Below, piece by piece: positions 44,831 through 64,000 of a DNA stretch of 64,000 bases (the first letter of the stretch is position 1; each line of letters starts with the position of its first letter). A model generated the notes under the pieces. The model was not told where the DNA came from and did not search any database. It saw only the letters and a program-made list of their open reading frames with translations. Both the position numbers and the translations under genes were made by a program. The stretch spans positions 1-64,000 of the forward strand of contig NIVC01003654.1 of the NCBI GenBank assembly GCA_002269645.1. The letters are read 5' to 3'. The DNA is from Macrostomum lignano (taxonomy: Eukaryota).

Positions 44831-47299
44831 TCAGCGTTATATTACGAGTACTTAGTGGTATTTTAACTTAATATACTACTTATCTAATGGTAGGATTACA
44901 TCAGCGCAAGGATGGCCTTGGACGAGTTAAGAGGGAAGCGGCCCGAGATTCGGAATCGTGAAGCGGGTTATGAGATAAGATACTTTTTAGTTAGTAGTCA
45001 CTAATCTATTATTTAACGGGTGTATTGTGCCTTTTAGCAACTGTCCATGGATGACAGGCTATGGTGCTACAAAATGAATGGGCCTCCAAAGTTGTCGCAC
45101 GAACGCATGACTCGCTGCCGGAAGTAGAGGCCCGTCGAAGGGAGGTAAGACAAAATATTCATGCTTTTCTTGTCGCAGAATGCACTAATTAATCATGGAA
45201 GCCCGATTCTCCTTTTAGGCCCAGGCTGCATGGGTGAGTGAGGAGGTACTTTTTTGTGAGGGTAAAATTTATGCTGTCTGTATGAAAATTAAATTATTTG
45301 TCTGATCTTTCTTGAAATCTTAGGAGCGCGAGAGGCTGTTGTTCGCGGGATTTGTAACGAGGTGCTGATACAGCGTTAATATATTTAGTGTGAAACAAGT
45401 CTATTAATGTAGACCAGCTTTACTATATGCTGCCACACATTCCAGGCTGCGGGTGTTCCGTCCGGCGATCGGAATCCGGTACAGCCTATGACGGTCAGTG
45501 ATACTTGCAAAATTAAGAAAATAAAGGCTAAAATCTTATTTGAAATTCGTGTTACAACAAAAGTTATTAATGCAACCAATTTCAAATTCCGTGTCCGCCA
45601 TTCGGTCGCGGAAATCCTCGCGGATAGTGATAGATACATTTCATAATCCTTGGTTTCAGGATGCGGGCCTGTCCAAGCCATTCCGCTCGAGGGGTTGAGT
45701 AGTCTTGAGCATACCTTTTGTTGGTACATTGCGGGCAAAGTTAGAGGAGGCTACTACTTTGGGGCAGGTTCGTTACAGACTGAGGTCTATCTATATACTT
45801 GTAAATACATGATTGTGTGTAACTTTGGTTTAGTGCAGGGTTGTTCGTATGTGCTTGTTTATTCTTTTAGTTTTGTGTGCAGTATAATCCTTAATCCGTT
45901 AGTTCCGAGTCGTTTGTTCATTGCAATGGTTTGCTAGCGGGGGACTGTGTCTCATTATCGGAAAATGACTCGTTTGTTAAGGAATGGAGAGGAGACGGTG
46001 ATACATTCGGGATTTGAGTTTGCGGTGGTGTGGTTTTTTCTGCGGTATGTTTGACAGCTTAATTGTATGGGTATACGTGTAACTATGCTATAAATTCCCT
46101 CTCATATCGACTTTCCAAGGATCGAAATGCAAGTAACTTGCTTAGGGACTACGATGCCAGCTGGCCGGGAGGGAGGGGGGAGGGCGGCAGACCGCAGGCG
46201 GAACCGCGGTGACTACGTTCGCTGTGCCAACTCCTGTCGGCCCACGGGGGGCGCTCAGGGGTATTTCTAGTATGACTTAATCAAGTGTTTAGCTTTTATT
46301 TTTACTTATTGTATTACGGTAAATTTTATTAGTGAATTCTATTTGTGTTTGCTCACTCGTTGTTGTTGTGACTTTTTTCGCCGTCTACTTTTCTACATGT
46401 TAACATAGTACGGTAAATTTATTAATGAATGCTTTTTATATAATGAATTTGGTTACTTCGTTGTTTTGTCTTCTTTCGCCGTCTACTTTTTGCATGTTAC
46501 CATCTACTGTAAACTTGCTTGCGCGCTATTATTTCTACGTGTAAAAATACATGTACAGTACATTGGCCTAGCCGTATTCGTTATTAAAATGTGCGGAGTT
46601 ATGAGTTATGCCTCAATTATTCTACATGTACTGGGGGGGGGGGTAAATGGCGCGATAACGGAGAATTGAGCTTTAAGTTAAATATTAATTTACTGGAAGT
46701 GGCATAAGCTGCATACGGCATACGCACCTCCTGCCACCCGACCTGACGAGGCTCAAGAATTATTTGAGCAGCTCTCGGTACAGGTGAAGGTAACGGCGCA
46801 GCGCGACACAGCGATAATCCTCGTAGACCCGAATGCGGTTTTGCATAGGTCCGAGCGGTCGCAAAGTGCAGGCTCGCAACTTTTTTGGGTTGCAAGCGCA
46901 GGCGGCGGAACGCGCGTGGCCGGAACGCAACACGGAGGCAGGCACTTTTTTTATTAGAGGCAGGGGGTTGTGTGCACCCTGGCGCACTTTAAGCGACATG
47001 GCGCACAATCGGCGAGAGGCATTGCTGCCCATTCCGCCGACTCCCCTGAGCAGGCACACAAGCGCGCGGATACGTACGCAGGCACACACACACAGGAGTG
47101 TACAGCGGCCCTAACTTTATATTATCGTTAGGCATGTACACTTCACTGCGCCTTGGGGGGTTGGCTCTCAAAGCCGTTAATTGCACGAGCAGAGCCAAGC
47201 CGAGATTCCAATTCAGCCCCAAATTAATGTGACTGCTGGAATCGAGCCTGGGTCGCTGGCACACCAGAGCCTGCGCTAGACCGCTGGGCTACGGCCCCC

Positions 47300-47990
47300 C
47301 TTAGGAGGCAGGCACAGCTCGATCATGTGCTGGTGCGCTTCTGCGAGCGCCGCCACGTCGTCAATTGCCGCGCCATCACGCCGCTGGCTCTTCGGTCCCA
47401 TCATCGACTCCTCGTCTGCGACCTTCGTCTTCGCGATCCGCTCTACCATCCGCCGAAGCAGCCACCGCGGCGCTATCACCACGCGCTCAAGGACGCCAAC
47501 GCGCACAGCCGCTTTGCTAGCGCTTTCAGCACTGCGCCCGGCGGCAAGCGTGGAGGTGTTGCATAATATTGTTCAGTGTGATGCGACAAGTTACAAGCTG
47601 AATAGTGACAAGCTGCAAGTGTGTGTGATTTTCGTTGCACACACGCACTTGCAGTTCACTGTGGATTTGTGAACTCCATGCGAATCACCAATAGCCGAAA
47701 AAGTTGCTCCAGTAGCAGATAGCGTAGAGCGACCCTAATCTGCTGTTATGGACTCAGAGCAAAATTGCACCCAGTCGGGTGCTGCAGACGCTCGCCAATC
47801 AGATGACACAGTTCGTCGACATGTTCCTCTCGCAAGCAAAACCTCGATTGATGATCATTGTAGTCAATATAAAATTCGAAATCTATGCTTTCGTTGAATG
47901 TTCGGGGACGCTTAATTGGCTCCTCCGACGAAATCTTCTGAATCTGACTCGTACGCTCGTAGAACATTTTCGCTCAATGGATGTGATATG
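47300..47990 (-). mobile_element. PIF/Harbinger transposase remnant, internally deleted
   Basis: SRFCLREEHVDELCHLIGERLQHPTGCNFALSP*QQIRVALRY[fs]ATGATFSAIGDSHGVHKSTV matches the HARBI1-type N-terminal HTH region; DDE core not seen. Confidence 0.75.
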
Positions 47991-48111
47991 CTTTTCAACC
48001 GATTACAGGCTTGAATAGCTCGTGGTTCACTACTCAACTTATCACACTCGAATTTACTATGACACTAGTCAACATTAGATTCTATTCAACAAACCGCTTG
48101 TAGCGCGACTA

Positions 48112-48346
48112 TTCACTATTCACTTGTAGCTTGTCGCCTACTTGTAACTAGTCAAGTCTCTATGCAACACAAGTCACCATTCACTATTCACTTGTAGCTT
48201 GTCGCCTACTTGTACGAGCGTAACTAGTCAAGTCTCTATGCAACACAAGTCACCATTCACTATTCACTTGTAGCTTGTCGCCTACTTGTAACTAGTCAAG
48301 TCTCTATGCAACACAAGTCACCATTCACTATTCACTTGTAGCTTGT
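48112..48346. repeat. 68-bp tandem repeat (about 3.3 copies)
   Basis: TTCACTATTCACTTGTAGCTTGTCGCCTAC... starting at 48112, 48180, 48256 and 48324. Confidence 0.85.
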
Positions 48347-50012
48347 AAAATATATGAAACGCCACCCTGAAGTGACACTCAAAAGAATTCCCATAGATTT
48401 TTGAGACTTAACTTGTACACATTTAGCACAAGAAAGCCTTTTTGTTCGCTTCGCGTGTAAAACTCTAAACGCTTTTGCACTCGGGATCTTGGCCATTAAC
48501 TTAAAATCCCGCTTCATGTTAGCCTTCCTTCCATTATCGGCGGAATTCAAGGGATTTATGTATCAGATTAAACATGCCTTTTGAGGGATTTATGAAAATA
48601 ACTCCCGAAAAAGGTATGTGTAATCTCGTATAAACCATAGACATTAAGACTTTACGGGATTTTATTGAATATTACCAAATAAAATCCCGGAGAACGCAAA
48701 TATTGTCACAGAAAGTCTTTATTTCTATGGATTATCTTAAGTTATGCGTTAAACGCATTTTACGTTATGGAAGACTTCAGCCGTCATAAATTCTCTGGAA
48801 AATTGAAGCCCAGCTATATTGCAAATATATACATGTACGCTCGTAAATCAAAACTTTAAATACACACCTATAAATAATTTCAACACAAAAAGACTTTTGA
48901 AATTTGCTAAGCAACTGTGACCAGCTAGTGCAGTATGACTTCTCTCATTTTTTTACTTTAGTTCATCGGTTTCCAAACTTCAAACTTTCGGCCAGCTGAA
49001 AATTCCAGCTGTTAAGTTGGTGCAAAAAAGTTTGCTGTAGGAATTCGCCGAATATGGCAATTTATGACGCATTACCGTCTTCAGTTCTTTTCTTCGCAGA
49101 TCAACAATTTTACGCCCGTAACATTACAAGTAAATTTTTGAAAATTCAGCACAAAGCATTCTCTGCCTTTCTCTCGCACTAGCTGGGAGCTTCGCCACTT
49201 TCCACTGCGTACGAGTTGTGCAGGGATGCGGTCTTGAAAAGTACATTGGGAAAATACACCAGAATTGGAGAAATTCTAGCCATGCAGGGAATTGGGAGAA
49301 CAGATCCTACTGGGACTCCATCAGTGGGGTGCGCATGCGACCCGTGCGCAGACGGCGCCAACGGGGGCCGTTTTTTTTGCATTGGAAAATGCAGCTCCAA
49401 GTCAACTATAAAGGGATTTTTGCAATGGGAGAATGGGAAGAGGAAAAAATTAGCAACTCCCACTCAAAGCCCCGCAAAGGCGGGGAGGAGGCTCCCGGCG
49501 GTCCCCAGGGCACTCATATTTCTTCTGCATTTCCTGCGCCGCCCGCCGCCACAAAGTCCTCCATCGGAGGCCGGGCCCGCCCATGCAGTGTGCCAGGGGC
49601 TGGCACTGAATCTCAGCCAATCGTTGGCTCACCTGGTTGCTCATAACCCCCCCCCACGGCTTTATTGGCAGATTTTCTCTGTTTCTACATGAATGATTTG
49701 CATTTGCTGACGCATCCTCTGGGCCAGTTTGGAGTGAAGAAACGAGTGCACCCATTCTCTCCCCCCTCTATCTGGTTTCTCTTCTTCTTCAGCCATAAGT
49801 TTTCCCGTTTTTCCTGTTAAGCGGCTCTCACACCTCCACCAATAGCGCCAGCATTTCCCCAACTGCCCATGCCTACTCATAACGGGATCGTAGTGAGTGT
49901 GTCTGTGCGCTGAGCAGGGAGCCCTGAGTTGCCCCCAGCAACCGCTTTGATGATGGCAGACCGGTAGGGGGGGGGCGAATCCGGTGCTGCGCGCGCTACG
50001 GGAACAAAATGC

Positions 50013-63045
<13,033 letters not shown>

Positions 63046-64000
63046 GTAAGCTGCTTGCGACGCTAAGTCAATGCATATGTAGGAGCGGTGGGCAACCTAC
63101 GAAAAAGTCGTTAACCACCCTTAACCTCCAAAAGTACGAGTATGATGGTAAGCAGTGCTAACCACGCCGGCACCCAAGTTGCAGTCCAGAAATATCTTGG
63201 GCCAAGGCGAGCCCTGTGTAGTCTATGGTCCGCCACTTTCCGTTCCGGTCGGCTTGGTAAGCAGAGCTTCAAAACAGCACTTGTGAAAATCTGTTCTATA
63301 ATACTTAGCGCTCAGCCAGGGATACTATAGTATAGTTTGTTACCGAATGAACAGGGCTACAGGGATTAAAACCATAATGGTAAATATTTCAACCAGACTT
63401 AATCAGCCGCCTATTTTGCCACATTCTGTTTTTTTAGTTCCGTACAAGTACAGTGCAACAGTGCGTTCATTTGAGAGACTTCGAATTGGATCTTCAATCG
63501 TTCAAACTACCAAAACTTCATAGCTTTTATAGACCGCAGTTTTATAAATCCGAATATATGATTTGCAGCCTCCTGCAGAAAACTAAGTTGCATTAACATG
63601 AAGTTTTACCACGCAGCAGAAGCTGTTTTGCGTTTATGAAATTCAGCGCTTTTGAAAGTACGTGATTTAGCGGTTGTGAAGTTTCGCGTTTATGAAAGCA
63701 GCCCCCCCCCCTCGGGGTATTTCCAGCACGCCGGGCCACCCTCTATTCCTAATGAATTGGTTAACTGAGATCGTGAATTTCAGAGGATCGCCTGAGTCAG
63801 CAGAAACTCGGTCAGCCAGCAGGAGCCCGCTACCTTCCAGCTGCCTTGATGGCATGTCTCGTTTACCGAAATTCTTTAACATGGCCTGTTGAAGGTCCTG
63901 AATATCAGCTTGGGTGACAACAAGTTTTGATCTGAGTTGAAGCCCAAATATGTGTTTGACTTTAGCTGCAAGGCTACAAGGCTCTGCAAATCACAGGCCT

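Noticed and set aside
45385-45738. 117-aa ORF with a hydrophobic segment next to the pPolB fossil
   Set aside because: Starts at a non-ATG codon and has no recognisable viral structural motif.
46600-47264. Cys-rich fragments suggesting a SWIM or recombinase transposon protein
   Set aside because: Motif spacing is unconvincing and interrupted by stops.

Overview
Eukaryotic (metazoan) genomic DNA. GC-rich exons and minisatellite-packed introns suggest a flatworm such as Macrostomum, but that is inference only. I rebuilt five spliced genes by hand with phase-consistent splice junctions: an ether-a-go-go K+ channel (minus, 13727 to beyond the left edge), a KIF26/kinesin-11 (minus, 11 exons, 971 aa), an STKLD1-like kinase (minus, 5 exons, 661 aa), a divergent CDC50/TMEM30 subunit (plus, 2 exons, 374 aa) and a multi-repeat cadherin (plus, continuing past the last recognised exon at 63045). 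Two orphan membrane-protein genes lie at 26.3-26.7 kb and 29.8-30.7 kb. Mobile DNA comprises a young Ty3/Gypsy LTR element and an hAT-like MITE inserted into the same minisatellite unit, a tRNA-like SINE and a Harbinger transposase remnant. An AT-rich block at 39-49 kb holds a fossil protein-primed family-B DNA polymerase followed by a dUTPase pseudogene (Polinton/adintovirus-like endogenous element). Many different tandem arrays sit against splice sites: one duplicates a splice acceptor nine times, one contains a stop codon, and three share a core with the MITE terminus. Homology calls come from recalled family motifs, not database searches.
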